A stretch of DNA of 63,296 nt, filler included, from Reticulomyxa filosa (taxonomy: Eukaryota > Protista > Foraminifera), in NCBI GenBank assembly GCA_000512085.1. It is 21 parts of 21 records of this genome, joined end to end, with 100 filler letters (N's around TTAATTAATTAA, not from the genome) between each part and the next. Parts side by side here need not be neighbours in the genome. Positions count along the whole stretch, not along the records: positions 11,263 to 17,706 come from ASPP01000976.1; positions 17,807 to 19,128 come from ASPP01038850.1; positions 19,229 to 20,393 come from ASPP01037995.1; positions 20,494 to 21,591 come from ASPP01045914.1; positions 21,692 to 25,048 come from ASPP01022523.1; 16 more parts are not named here. One strand, written 5' to 3'. The notes under the pieces are model-generated. The model saw only the letters and a program-made list of their open reading frames with translations. It had not been told where the DNA came from and made no database searches. Both the position numbers and the translations under genes were made by a program. Positions 11,531-24,633 of the stretch are shown here, piece after piece. Numbering within the stretch: position 1 is the first letter of the stretch; each line of letters starts with the position of its first letter.

Positions 11531-12997
11531 CAAAACAAAATTGTGCTAATATAGTACATATAATGTTTGTAGATATGTCATTTTGTAAAATTTTTGTTTT
11601 GCTTTGTTTTTCGATGTTTCGCGGTATAACCTCTTTCAGTTATAAATTTTTCAAATAATATTTTAATCTTAACAAAATCTGACATTGTATGCTTTTCTAC
11701 AAAAACAAAAATATTATATCTTATAATAGCTTATAAATATTTAAAGGTGTCGCATTTTAGTTACTCAAACTCTCAGTGTTTCATTTAACGCCAGTTTAGC
11801 ATATATATAATATCCAAATGTTTGATATGTCTGAAATGATGACAATGCAGGATAAGAAACAACAAAATTGTCAAAAGATGAAATTTTTTGGAAAAAAAAA
11901 ATGGAAACTCTGACAATTTGTCAATTTTTTAAAAATGGTTGTGGTCTCAGGAAAGAAGCCGAATGTGCCTATCCTGAGTGTTGACGAAAACATTGTTTGT
12001 CAAGTGAATTGCTTGTACTTACCTCAAAAAAAGGCAAACGTCAACATACAGGCAGAACCAAAAATCGGCAAGTATTTCAATTTTGAATGGAGAAAAAAAG
12101 CAAGAATGATGGAAGGGAGAGGGGCAAAAACTAACATCTAAATGACAAGCAGTAGTCTTCACCTATTTCCCATGCCGTTTTCTTTCACTGATGTTGTTGT
12201 GTTAATTTTTCCAGGACCACCTGCGACACGTCTCGGTATCTCAATGCGCAATTTGAAAAGCATTTTTCTTCGGACGAGGACAACGCAGTCCCAGGGTTCT
12301 TGATGCATTTTTCCCAACATAAATCCGTTAGATGTTGTATGGTCTATTGCCAAAAACATTCAAAACAACGACTCTACACTTTACAGTTTTTTTTTGCAAT
12401 GCTTGTCTGGGTAGTAACTTCTTGCAATTTCTGTTGAATCATTATTTGTTGTTGTGCGGCTTGCAAAGCTTGATATTGCTTTTGTTGATCAGACATTTAT
12501 CGATATATGCTGTACTAAAAACGTAGAAATCTGTTAATCTCACAAAAAATACTCAAGTCCGAAAAGCGCAAATGATATCAAAGCGACTGTTAAAAAATTT
12601 GAAAGGGACGTAGAAAATAAAAGCAGTACTTACAAACGGTTGAAACTCTTGTTTTGGTGTTCTGTGTTTTCTTAACGCCAATCGAATTTAGTTTATCAGT
12701 TTATTTTAATTAGGTAAAGGAGTCTGGTATTAAGACTCACAGCATTTAGAACTTATACCTCTTGCAACAACAGGTTGAAACATAGATTGCTTTATAAGCA
12801 AGGACAAATAGCGCGTTATTTTATAAATTTAAAGTAAAATCGGTTTGAGAGTTAACACGTTTAAAAAAAGCATGAGGTTTTCATCAATTAATGATATTTT
12901 TCTTCCCTTAATTTTCTTTTACAAAAGAATTCTCCCTTTTGTTGATTTAGTACATCAAGAAAAGAGTGAACATTTCATTGTAATTTTTTAAGTAGTT

Positions 12998-13570
12998 TCA
13001 AGTTCTTTGCAAAATTTGTGGCATTGTTAGTTTTTGGTGAAACTGGTGTGTCAGAAATTTGAGGAAAATGTTGGTCCTCCTGTGTATCACCGCGAAAAGA
13101 ATTTTCTGCGAAATTGGAGGAAGGATTGGAGGGGATGTAAGATGATTTGTGTTCGGGTAATACTTTTGTTCGATATCTTTCTTTTTCTTTGTTTTGAATA
13201 ATAGAATAAGTATGTGCCTTGACTTTATTTTTAGAAAGCAGAAAAAATCATCAGAATTCAGTTGAGCCAATTCCTCTTCTTCTTCATCATCATCATCATC
13301 ATTGTTGTTTTCTGATACAAAATTTTGACCTTCACGATCTGAATCGGTCTCGGGTGTTGTAATATCAAGCCAGGTAACATTTCCCCACGTCACAGAAGTT
13401 CCTTTGTCCACATAAGGAGTAGAAATCGACGTCTCTGTTATCTCATTCACAGCATCGTTCTTGCTTGCTCCATCCACTAAAGACATTTGTTGTTGCTGTC
13501 CTCCTTCTTGTTCTTGTCCTTGTTCTTCTTCTTCTTTTGGAAACTGCAACACACGTCCATCGCTCCATTT
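12998..13570 (-). CDS. Acidic low-complexity exon(s), probably the C-terminal extension of the Obg gene
   Basis: Open frame rich in E/Q/D immediately downstream of the Obg ORF on the same strand, preceded by a TTAG acceptor and no obvious promoter or ATG. Confidence 0.45.
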   Translation of the reverse strand, partial: KWSDGRVLQFPKEEEEQGQEQEGGQQQQMSLVDGASKNDAVNEITETSISTPYVDKGTSVTWGNVTWLDITTPETDSDREGQNFVSENNNDDDDDEEEEELAQLNSDDFFCFLKIKSRHILILLFKTKKKKDIEQKYYPNTNHLTSPPILPPISQKILFAVIHRRTNIFLKFLTHQFHQKLTMPQILQRT

Positions 13571-13591
13571 GCTCGCGTCTAATGTTAAAAA

Positions 13592-15243
13592 TCAAATACA
13601 TGTGGATGTACACTGTGTTGAGCAAAGCAATGATTTGCGAGTCTCTATGAAAACAAATGAACAGACGACTGAACTGAGTCGTGACGTTGATTGCTTGGCA
13701 TAGCTCTCTGACTCGACAACACTTTTGAAGAGTTGCAGGACAGTGGGTACTAAGACGTGCAATTGTTTCCGAGCGGCGGAGCCAGTGATGACAGGGAAAG
13801 AGGTCATTTGTTGGATTTGTTCCAATTGTCGTTGGATGCAGCCCTTCAGTTCGTGGATGTCTTTGCAGCCGTGAGTATGGAACAATTGCGGAAAGTACTC
13901 CCCACTTTCGACTAGATCCATTTTATTGGCAAATATCACCGAAGGGCGCCGCAGCAGTGATGCATCATACATTTTTAATTCATGTCGCAAATGTTCAAAG
14001 TCTTCCACTGCATTGCGACCATCGCAGCCAATCATATCCAGTACATACACAATAACTTTTGTACGTTCAATATGACGTAAAAACTCGAGACCCAATCCTT
14101 CATTTCGATTCGCTCCTGTATTATTGTATTATTACATATGTAAATAAATAAATAAACATGTATATATATACCTTGGACAATGCCAGGGATATCAGCCCAA
14201 CGCATTTGAAGAAAGGGCTGACAAGTGACAACTCCAATGTGAGGATGGAGAGTAGTGAAGGGAAGACTACTAATGGCAGGTCGAGCATTGGAAACGGCTG
14301 CCAAAAGAGTTGACTTTCCGGCATTTGGAAAGCCGACTAGCCCCACATCGGCAATGGACTTGAGCTCGAGTTGCAGCAACACGTGTTCTCCCGGCTCGCC
14401 CGGCTCGGCCCACCACGGATGGCGATTATCGGCAGATCGCAATAGTCGATTCCCACGGCCGCCTTTGCCGCCTCGACTGACAACCAGACTGTCATTGCGA
14501 TGCAGAAATTCTTTCAGTTCTGTGTGTTGAGCTTTCCAATTGTTGCCACTGCCCGATACCCCTCCTCGTTCCATCTCTTCGACCGTTTCAAAAGGTTGTC
14601 GTGGGTTCTTTACTCCCAGTTGCGACACCACCGTGCCCAATGGCACCTCCACCACTGTGTCTTTCCCTTTCTTTCCGTACAGTTGCGCCTCACGTCCGTG
14701 ATCCCCAGGAAGGGCTCTTTGGAACATCTCCAAACAAATGCACAAAACAAAACAAAACTACTAAAAAAAAAAAAAAAAAAAAAAAATTTATATAGTTTTT
14801 AAAAAAAAAAAAAAAAAAAAAAAGCACAACTTCGCAAAAGCGCAAAAAAAAAAAAAAAATTAATAAATAAAAAACTGAAAAGTCTTTTTGACAAATGAAA
14901 AGCCACCCATTTGGCCATTACACACTAAAATGATGTCCCCTCCGTCTCCCCCATTTCCTCCCTCGGGCGCTCCGCGCTTCTTGCGATGCGAGCCAAAGGA
15001 TATCCCTCCATTGCCGCCCGTGCCGCCGGTGCATGATATAATTATTTTGTCGTGGAAGCTGCGCTCATGTATCGCTTCTGGAGGTATGTAATTCAGTGAT
15101 GACTTTGCATCCTGCCATGCTTCCTTCCCTGTCGATCTTGGCATTTGTGTGTTGTACTTGTGTCTCCTTCGCGTTTTCAGGTTTAGATCAGATATGTCCC
15201 TTTCCGACTCGTAATACACGTTTGGTGGGGTTTCTTGTGGCAA
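13592..15243 (-). CDS. MTG2: Obg/CgtA family GTPase, mitochondrial MTG2-like (multi-exon; start possibly 15496)
   Basis: Gly-rich Obg fold GGTGGNGGISF..GGNGGDGGDI. LELKSIADVGLVGFPNAGKSTLL (G1), PFTTLHP (G2), ADIPGIV (G3), GLEFLRHIERTK, ANKMD (G4). Confidence 0.93.
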
Positions 15244-15957
15244 CGGATAGGTCTTTTCATTCCATGAACTTGTTGTTCTGCTCTGACTTCTTATGTAGTT
15301 CCAATGTTGTTTCTTTTGTTATTGTTAAGTTTGACAATATTCACCATTTTTCAGTTGACGATAGTTTTGCAGAGTTTGTTTGTTTTTTTTTTTTGCGTTC
15401 GTAAAACTAGATATTCCAAACACTTTGGTTTTCTGACATGCAAATATGGACACCATTTTATCCCACCTTGGAGATCAAATTTCGCAATTTCCACATTATT
15501 TGAGGATCTTAGCTTAAAAACAATAATGGATGGGTATTAGTGCTTTTTTAAATATTCGCAAGCTCCCCTCTTCCTTTCTTAACAATTGGCCACGCCATCA
15601 AAATAATGTTTTCTTAATTTACTTTTCCCAATAGCTCCTAAAAAGTCATTGTCACTCATACATGTAAAAATTACAGTTGCAAAACAAATTTCAAATGGAA
15701 AATTGTCTTTGCACGGTCTCGAATAAAAAAAATGTTTCAGCTCGACAAATCGAGGATATTGGGAAATGGAAGCAACAAGCCAGCTTAAAGAAAAAATTAG
15801 AAAGTATGAACTTTACGTTTGTGAGCGCTTTTTTTCAAAAAAACGTTGGCTCATTGTAGGGCCCTCCTTTTGGTAAGAAATATATGAAACTTAACAAAAT
15901 GTCAATATAACAAGTCATTCATTTTGTTTTCTAGGGAGATATGTATGAAAAAATTTA

Positions 15958-16428
15958 ATGAGAACTTTTGACACCAACAACAAAAAAACTACTAGACAGC
16001 AGAACACCATGACAACGAACTCAAACAACCTTGGGAGTGACAGTGACAATGAAGTTGATTTGAGTCAAGCAGTAGAACCACTAATAGCTTCGAAGCGACA
16101 TGACTTGTCTTCAAGAAGTATTCGAAATCGGAATCGAACACGGACACTGAGACAAGATATGCAGAGTATTGCATCTACAATCCGCCATTGGTGGTGTGTC
16201 GACAAATGTGTGTACATATTGGGCGTATTGTTATTCATCATTGTTTTTGCATGTTCATTGACATTAATATTGCCAATGTTTTTGTATATCGGTCTTGGGA
16301 CTGCTTTTGTGTTCTTTTTGGCGTTGGGCGTGGTGTTGTTTAAGAGGATATGTCCACGCACCATCTATAACGCTTTGTCTGATATTTTGCATTTACCACC
16401 GTCACGACAATCCCAAAATCTCACTTGA
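15958..16428 (+). CDS. Small two-TM membrane protein
   Basis: Single ORF with an acidic N-terminus and two hydrophobic helices (VYILGVLLFIIVFACSLTLIL; LYIGLGTAFVFFLALGVVLF). Confidence 0.6.
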   Translation: MRTFDTNNKKTTRQQNTMTTNSNNLGSDSDNEVDLSQAVEPLIASKRHDLSSRSIRNRNRTRTLRQDMQSIASTIRHWWCVDKCVYILGVLLFIIVFACSLTLILPMFLYIGLGTAFVFFLALGVVLFKRICPRTIYNALSDILHLPPSRQSQNLT

Positions 16429-16781
16429 ATTATTATTTTTTTTTTTGGAATTATAACAATGAAAAAGTGGTCTCTATTCAAAAAAAAAATTTTTCGAGTA
16501 TTACATTAAATAAAGTTTTGTCGTACCATTTAACGTTATCGTCTGATTGAATTGCTTTTTCGAAAAAATAAATCTGTCCTCTTCTCTTGTTGTGAATAAG
16601 CATGAAATTTTATTGTTAGATGTTTGGATTACAATTGTATATATTGAATTTTGTGTGGCAATGACACTGAACCCCAGACTAACAATCCATTTGAAATGAG
16701 ATGAGAAAGTGATCAATTAAAAGTGGTCTTTCTTTTTTTTATTATATATATATATATAATATATGCGAAGTTTATGACAAA

Positions 16782-17601
16782 ATGAGGAAACGAGAGGACA
16801 ATAATCTCTCTTCATCAGATTCAATGTTGCGTTGTTGTTTGTTTTTAATACTAACCTTTTTTTCGCTCATGTTGGGACTGTCAGTGGGACTGTACTTTGA
16901 GACTGAGCGACACGGACAAGGGGCATATGGTGCGAACGCGATAGAAGGCACCCTCCTGGAAGCAAAGACAAGCGAGGAGAAAGCGGCACTGGATTGGAAG
17001 CCACAGTGCCCAGTGTTCAAAGATATATGTGTGTACAACCAGCGTTTCCACTGCAAGTCGGAAAAGGAATGTTTTACATTAGTCCAGTCGAGCAGAGGCA
17101 AAGAACAATGGAATTTGTTCGGACAACCGAACGACATAAGAGACACTCACGAGCAGACCGCACATTGGCATAACTTGAAGATGTATGGCGACTTGATGGA
17201 CGCGCGAATGTTCAACACGTCGACAGACGACGAGTTCAAGCGCGCGCAGTGTGTGTACGATAGCATTGAAGAGCATATGGTGATCCATGTGTTGTATCCG
17301 CACATGCTGGCCGAGTTTTTTGTGCGTGCGCTAAAACCTTTGTATTATCTGTTTGATATGTTGCACGTGTACTCCTCTGCCAACACTCGCCTTTGGGTTT
17401 TCGTACCCGATCAAAATGACTTGAATATCTTTCATCACTTGTTTTTGGAACGTTTCACTTCTTACGAAATCTATCCTTCTTGGCATCTCTTTGACATTAT
17501 GCATTGCAAGTGTTTTCATACTTTGCACTTATGCGGCTTCGCACCAATAGCAACAACAACAACAACAACAAGCATGCTTTCAAATATGACAAATACTATT
17601 C

Positions 17602-17640
<39 letters not shown>

Positions 17641-17706
17641 GACGTGAAAGTACTTCTATCATCGGTGCAAGGACATATCTCAAACCGATCAGCGACGTTA
17701 TTCATG
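16782..17706 (+). CDS. Type II membrane protein, possible glycosyltransferase (GT61-like); 3' partial
   Basis: N-terminal TM, then VFKDICVYN, HMLAEFFVRALKPLY and CKCFHTLHLCGF, which loosely resemble GT61 motifs. Poly-Asn insert. Confidence 0.45.
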
Positions 17707-18071
17707 NNNNNNNNNNNNNNNNNNNNNNNNNNNNNNNNNNNNNNNNNNNNTTAATTAATTAANNNNNNNNNNNNNNNNNNNNNNNNNNNNNNNNNNNNNN
17801 NNNNNNAAAATTGTTGTCACAAGTCTAGCCTAGTTTTGGTTATTGAGCTGTGACCTTTCCTTTCATATAAAAAAAATGTTTTTTTGTCTGGAGAGGACAG
17901 TCAACAAGCACTAGTGCATGTAAGATGACCCAACCAGAAAAAAAACAAAGTGCATTCCAATACAATTCCACTTGCTGTGTTTTACCAACACAACAAAAAC
18001 AAAAAGCAATCACCAGCGATGAGAAGACAAGCTGTGAACAAACTGTTTTTAGATAAATATTCAATCATTTT

Positions 18072-18905
18072 TCAGTTGATTTGTGGATCTTTTAGTTCCA
18101 AGAAAGATTCAAGGAGCTGTGCTCTTTCCTCATCTGTTCCATCGTCGTCGTCATCATTGTCATCGCTTTGATCTATTGTAATCCCGCTTGCTTCAATTTC
18201 GCTCTCTTCGTCATCGGATATCTTTTTTTTGGAAATTTCATCTTCAAGAGTCTTCTCTGCGCTTGTTGTGCCTGTTTCTGTAGATGTTTTTCCCGGAGTA
18301 CTTTTTTCGTTTCCATTTTTGGAGGAGGCCAGTTTATCATTGTCCTTTTTGTCTTCAATTTCATCTTCGCTGTCATCTGCTTTTGAAGTTTTTGCGTAGT
18401 CATCTTCAATATTCGAATCCGTGTCTTGGGTGTCATTGCCTTTTTCTTCTTTTGCTTCTTCGTGGTTCTGCCTTTCACATATTATTCGACAATCTTCAAA
18501 CACCCACTTTCCAATCTTTCTTACATCTTTGAATACGTGAGGTGCCACTGATGTTCTGCGCTGCGATAGAAATTGCGAGCAATTTATTGTTAAACTGCTT
18601 TCTAATTGACTCACAAAATTGGAAGTGTCATCCGGTAGTGTCATGGCCAAAGAGGTAAATGTCTCAAAGTGTACCTTCCATATACACTCGGACATGACCA
18701 AGTCCTCCAATGGACAAAAATCTTGCTCCAATACTGTCATATCTGTCAATAATGGATTGGCTAACAATTCTTTAAGAGCTTGTTCGTTTTCATGAATCAA
18801 ATTCAAAATTGCTATGTGCTTAATTGCATCCCCTACATAGTCTATGCAGGTATCGTACAATTTGGCTGCGTTTTCAATTACTACGTTTTGCTTGTTACAA
18901 AGCAT
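18072..18905 (-). CDS. Hypothetical protein with acidic/lysine-rich C-terminus; 5' partial or disrupted
   Basis: 277-aa ORF with natural composition. Upstream sequence changes frame near 18950. Confidence 0.55.
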   Translation of the reverse strand: MLCNKQNVVIENAAKLYDTCIDYVGDAIKHIAILNLIHENEQALKELLANPLLTDMTVLEQDFCPLEDLVMSECIWKVHFETFTSLAMTLPDDTSNFVSQLESSLTINCSQFLSQRRTSVAPHVFKDVRKIGKWVFEDCRIICERQNHEEAKEEKGNDTQDTDSNIEDDYAKTSKADDSEDEIEDKKDNDKLASSKNGNEKSTPGKTSTETGTTSAEKTLEDEISKKKISDDEESEIEASGITIDQSDDNDDDDDGTDEERAQLLESFLELKDPQIN

Positions 18906-20493
18906 TTGATCAATTGCTGCTAATTTTTCTTCAAATTCTTGCCAATATCCTATCCTGCTTAATGTTGGATTTCTCTTTGTGATTTTTTTGAATTGTTTGT
19001 GTCGCTTGTTTCAATGCTGTCCAACCTTTATTTATTTGCTGCTTCCAATCGGCTCGCTTTTTCTGTTTGCTCCATTTTACTTTACAATACTTTATCAACT
19101 TTCTCTTCTTTCATTTCTGGCATCAATANNNNNNNNNNNNNNNNNNNNNNNNNNNNNNNNNNNNNNNNNNNNTTAATTAATTAANNNNNNNNNNNNNNNN
19201 NNNNNNNNNNNNNNNNNNNNNNNNNNNNATCAAAAATGTGTTCGATTTTATTTTGATATTCATGTGTTTGACGGTCAATTGGTTCCCTTTTTTTTTGATG
19301 AAAAACAAATCTAATTTGTTATCTTTGAATTACTTCATTGTCTACCATTAACTATATAAACATCTTTTGAAACAATGTAACTATTTCATAAAATTTAATT
19401 CGTTTTCTTTTGTCTCTTTATTTTTTTTTAAGAAATGCGAAGTGTATTATTAAATACATTTTTTCCAAAGATGGGCCCACTATCCAAAAGACTATGAAGT
19501 TATAGAGAAAAGATTGTGTATTTGTCTATGTAATCACATGCTGTAAGAATAGTAATGAAGAATCTGACATTGTTGGAACTGCGAGGTTTGGTGTATGACA
19601 CGCACATGCTAAAAGACAAAATTTCCAAATCACAGATTATCAAAGCTCAGTTTTACTAATAGATCAACATATTGATTTGAAGTACATATTCTACGTATAT
19701 CGACTTTATTTTTTAAAATATCCTCGCAAATGTCTCGCAATACAGTATACTAAAACAATTTGTTTTGTTAGTAAAATTATTGTCATTATATTGTTCTTGC
19801 AAATAACACCCAAAAAAAATCTTGTTCTTTCTGCAAGATTCAATGTTTAAAAAAAGGCAATAATAACAACATAGCGTGTTACAACAAGCACACAAAAATG
19901 TAGATTGGATTATTCTTTACTTTCGTGCGGAGAATTACAGCATCTCTCATCTTCTAAGCTGCCTAAAGTTAATGTTTTTTACTTCTTTGACTTAAACAAG
20001 ACAAGAAAACAAAAAAGGAACTAAACCTTTTTTAGGAACGTCATTGTTGATATTTTCAAATGCAATCGCTTCTATAACAAATTTCACAATCTCTTTTAAA
20101 AATTACTTTGCATGCTGTACTTAAAACTTGGCTTTTTAAATTAGTTGAATTAAAAAAATATATTACTCTTAAAAAATGTGTCTTGAATGTGCTTCTTTTT
20201 GAACATATGCTTATTTATTTTAAATGAATAGACCACTCATATAAAAACATTAATGTTATTGAAATGTAAATTTGACAATATTTAGATTTACGTGCGAAAA
20301 AGAAAAAATAAGTTATTTGAATGGATTTTTTATTATTTGAAAAGAAATGTTGCATTAAACAATGTTGGCATTCAAACTTTCTTTATTAGCAAANNNNNNN
20401 NNNNNNNNNNNNNNNNNNNNNNNNNNNNNNNNNNNNNTTAATTAATTAANNNNNNNNNNNNNNNNNNNNNNNNNNNNNNNNNNNNNNNNNNNN

Positions 20494-20652
20494 AAACCTT
20501 CTTAACAACACAACTCACTTTGTCTAGTTCTTTAGTTATTTTCTTTCGTTGTGTTGCAATTATTTTCGTTAATTTACTTTCTTTTTACTGAAATTGCTTT
20601 TCGGAACTAAGTTTCCTTTCGTATTACACTTAGTCTCCTCACTATTCCTACA
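20494..20652 (-). mobile_element. Partial second copy of the 221-bp LTR-like repeat (inverted)
   Basis: Near-identical reverse complement of 24413-24570, ending CTATTCCTACA and cut off by the contig edge. Confidence 0.85.
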
Positions 20653-21316
20653 TGAGACGTAATATTTGTGTAATTTTTTGTTTTCAATATTTCATACAAT
20701 TCACAGAATTTAGCATTAAAATAAAAAAAGATTTAATCGGTTATTGTTTTTTTATTTTATTGGAATTAACTCTAAACAACAAAAGAGAACAAAATTCCAT
20801 ATTTGTATATTGCCACCTGCAATGAATTCCAGTCAACTCACAAACGAGCACAGTGCCTGAACTGTTCAGAAATATCGTATAAATTGTACGATGGCATACG
20901 TATTTGTTGTAAAATGCTCCTGTTTTCGATAAGAACTAATGAGTTGCTACAAAATTTAGTTAGAGTTTTAAATAATGTTGTTAAATAAAAGTTAAAAAAA
21001 CAAAATTAAATGTGATTAGACCAAGAAACACAAACAGACAAGAATAAAAGAAATTTAATAGAACATATGGATCAAGTATGTAACAAAAGACAACGCTTGA
21101 CAAAGGTTATGCCGATTTGATCTTGCAACAATTTTACACGTTCGTCACGAATTTTGATATCATGCACCAATTTATCATTTTCACGTTTTTATCGCACAAT
21201 CTCGTCATCTCTGTTAACAATTGCCGTTTCCATGGTGCTCACTAGCATTATTTGATTAAAAAAAAGTATTATATATACACATATACGAATATAAGTACGT
21301 ATGCGTATTGGATTAC

Positions 21317-21591
21317 CTTTCATATTTATTGAGTTTGTTGATCAACAGCCTATTCGTTTGTTTTAATTGATTAATTTCCTTCTTCAAATGATTTATACGT
21401 TATTGGGCATTATGATGTCCAGCCAATCGGACATTTTCAGCTTCTAATTCCGAAATTTTTGCTTTCAATTCGTTTACATTCGAATCATTTCGAAACGTGA
21501 TTTCTTTTAGCTCATTGTATTTACATTTCCACTCCATCATTTCTTTATACACTTTTTCTTCTGAAATCCGCATTTGTTTGCTCGTTTTGAT
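21317..21591 (-). pseudogene. Kinesin-12 (KIF15)/HMMR C-terminal-like coiled-coil relic
   Basis: ELEAENVRLAGHHNAQ*RINHLKKEINQLK resembles the GHQNxxQKI motif. TAA at 21400-21402 and a +1 slip just downstream. Confidence 0.6.
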
Positions 21592-24412
21592 NNNNNNNNN
21601 NNNNNNNNNNNNNNNNNNNNNNNNNNNNNNNNNNNTTAATTAATTAANNNNNNNNNNNNNNNNNNNNNNNNNNNNNNNNNNNNNNNNNNNNGCTGGTAGC
21701 AATACCAGTAATGTGGGTATCCTCGCAATGCTGGCAACGCCCAACGAAATTAGCGGAGATATGGGTTCGAGTAGCATCCCCACCATTAACAAAAAAAAAA
21801 TTTATTTACAACATACTTTGAGTTTGTCCACAGTTAGTCCCAATATTCGCGTCTTTGTATCAGGTTTGTCAATATTAGAATTTTTTAATTATATATACGT
21901 ATATATTCTGTGATTGACTTTGTGGATAAGAATATTAGATTCCTGCCGTTTCCTTTCAATGTTGTACCCAATATTGGATATGTTCAATAATGTTGTTATT
22001 GTTTTGCATAATCGTGACTATGTCAATTTGTGATGATGCAGTAATGATTTGATAGTTGTAGTTGTGCAGCTGCATAATTATTTGACTGCTATAGTTTTTT
22101 TTTTTCGTTTGTTATTTGACAATACCATAAAAAAAAAGTTATTAATAACACAAAACTGTATATAATGATTCGCACTTTCCAATTATTCCAAGTTTTGAAT
22201 TGGAATTCATTTTGACGTCAAATAAGGTGCTGCGGATACAAATGATTGATAACCTAACGGAAAAAAAAAAGACGATTTGAAATGAATATTTATAAAATAA
22301 TTCATTTTGAGAATTCCTTGCTAATAATTAGAATTCCACAAATCATGTTTGGAGCTTCTATGAAAAGAGATTGAGTAGAACACTGCAGCTGGCCGTGTGA
22401 TAGTCTGTTAATGGAAGATTGCATGAGCTTTGTTATAATAATTAACATATTTTTTACTTACGCAAATATTTTATTTTTAAAATGGGTTAAACATTCATCA
22501 CCAAACATCCTCATAAAAAAAAAAAATTATTACATACTTGGTTTTTTGCGGGCAAATGATAGACGCAGTTAATTTACACGAAAATATACCATGCAAAGCA
22601 AAAAAATTTTTTTTTTAAAAACTAATTTGCTAATGTAGTTTCTCTTATCTCATCCAAACCAATTCGCATTATATCTTAATAATATTTGTAAAGAACATAG
22701 TCTGTCAACACTTGCTTGAATTTATGTATAAAATAATATAATTGAATTACTATGTTTTACTATGTTAAAAGCAAGTGATATAGATAAAATCTTCTTGAAG
22801 AAATGAATAAATAAATAAATTATTCCCATTATGTGCGATTAAAATTGTTTTTATTGATTTGCTATAAGTTATCAGTTGATCGTTCGATAATGGTTGTGAT
22901 TATTTCAATTATGATATCTATTGTTGTATAGCCCATACTATTGATTGCTATAATTTCTTATTTATTTATTTATTTATTTTTCGTTGATCACTGGATATCA
23001 TCACAAGAAGAAGATATCATAATAATATAATAATATTATAATAATAATAATAATGATTGCAGCTGCATTAACGGTTGTGATAGCTCTGTATATGGAAGTT
23101 ATCATAAACTTTTGGAATATGGATTACATATTTTGAATGTTCATTTAATCCAAACATTCTATCTTATTTTTTTTTTTTTTAAAGTTGAACATTCCTTGCC
23201 ACAGATAACTACTTTTTTTTTAAAATGATGTATACAATCAAATATAAGTGAATTTAATTGTAAGTGATACTGACTTGTCCAAAAAGAGATGATTAAAATT
23301 GGTAGCAAATACACGATGATAGAGATTGGTGTAAGTGCGGTCACTCACTAGAGTATTCTATTTCATTGACAAACAAAACAGTCGAAGGAGATGCGGACTA
23401 ATTGGGACGAGTACTGATAATTCATAGCTTCATATTTGAATCGATTCAATTAATAGTCTTGATTGATTTTATAAAATTTGAATGAACATCCTCCAGTTCT
23501 ATCATTGAATGTATGAATAATGCTAAGTATTTTGTAGGGTCCTTTCACAAATTCTTATATCCCTATAATCCCCAACTGCGATTGTGCTCATCCAAGAGTT
23601 GTTTGCCTCGAGGATTTCCAAAAAACGAAGTGCTGTGATAATTGCGACTTGATCAAAAATTTCAATAGCTTCATCACGTAATTCATTACTTCCAACCCTT
23701 CTTCGAATGAGGTTGGCACTTTTATCATATTTCCAGAAGAATATTGACTTTATTGTTTAGTGTGATAAATCCATTGAAGCAGTCTAATTTAAAAATCACA
23801 CACTTTCCTCCAAAGAATATTCTAACGCTTTTTTAAAAATATATAATTGACCTGTATTTTTGAAAATTTTCTTTCTCATCATCTGTGGTGGTAGTGATCT
23901 TTGTAGTAGTTCTTGTTTGCATACAATATTGCAATAATAGTCTCAATCATATTGAAAGGATGAAAAAAAAAATTTGAATCATCAAATCAAACTGAAACAA
24001 TCTAAATACTGCATCAAGGATATCTTTTTTGCCTCTTACAATATTGTAAATTTGCTATATTTAGAAAATCAATTTATAATTTCTATTGAGTAGATATTCG
24101 CTTTTCTTTTTCAGCTGTGTCAACTGTGTCAGCTGTATGATGTACATGAGATTGAAAAAAGAGCCCAATCGAGTTTGTAAGATGTATTGTAATGGTGTAC
24201 GCAAGACACATTCTTTGTAAAAACAACTTGCAATATTCGTTCACTGATTTACTTGTGTTATAATAATAATAAACCCATCATTTTTGATTATAAAAATATT
24301 ATCCCAAAATAACTTTGAATATGATATATTTGTCTGTTTTTATACAATATTTAACATTTCTTACGATAGTAATTGGCAAAAGTGGTGACACAAAAACAAA
24401 AAAAAAACCTTA

Positions 24413-24633
24413 TGTAGGAATAGTGAGTAGACTAAGTGTAATACGAAAGGAAACTTAGTTCCGAAAAGTAATTTCAGGAAAAGAAAGTAAATTAACAAAA
24501 ATAATTGCAACACAATGAAAGGAAACAACTAAAGAACTAGACAAAGTGAGTTGTGTTGTTAAGAAGGTTTAGCCCACAGGGGGGGTCCCACAGTTCCTTT
24601 GTTTAAACTTGTATAATAGGACTTTACCCTACA
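24413..24633. mobile_element. Solo-LTR-like element, 221 bp, TGTAGG...CCTACA, with 4-bp TSD CTTA
   Basis: Flanks read ..aacCTTA|TGTAGG and CCTACA|CTTAttt. A second copy lies on another contig. Confidence 0.8.

Noticed and set aside
18950-21402. TAA/TAG read as Gln (ciliate-type code), suggested by stops at Gln-like positions
   Set aside because: UBC9 and the CDK, WD40 and ankyrin genes end in TAA, long exons lack in-frame TAA/TAG, and the affected regions also carry frameshifts.
23580-24300. Possible hAT transposase remnant (LQTRLGSFF on the minus strand)
   Set aside because: A single weak motif amid many stops.
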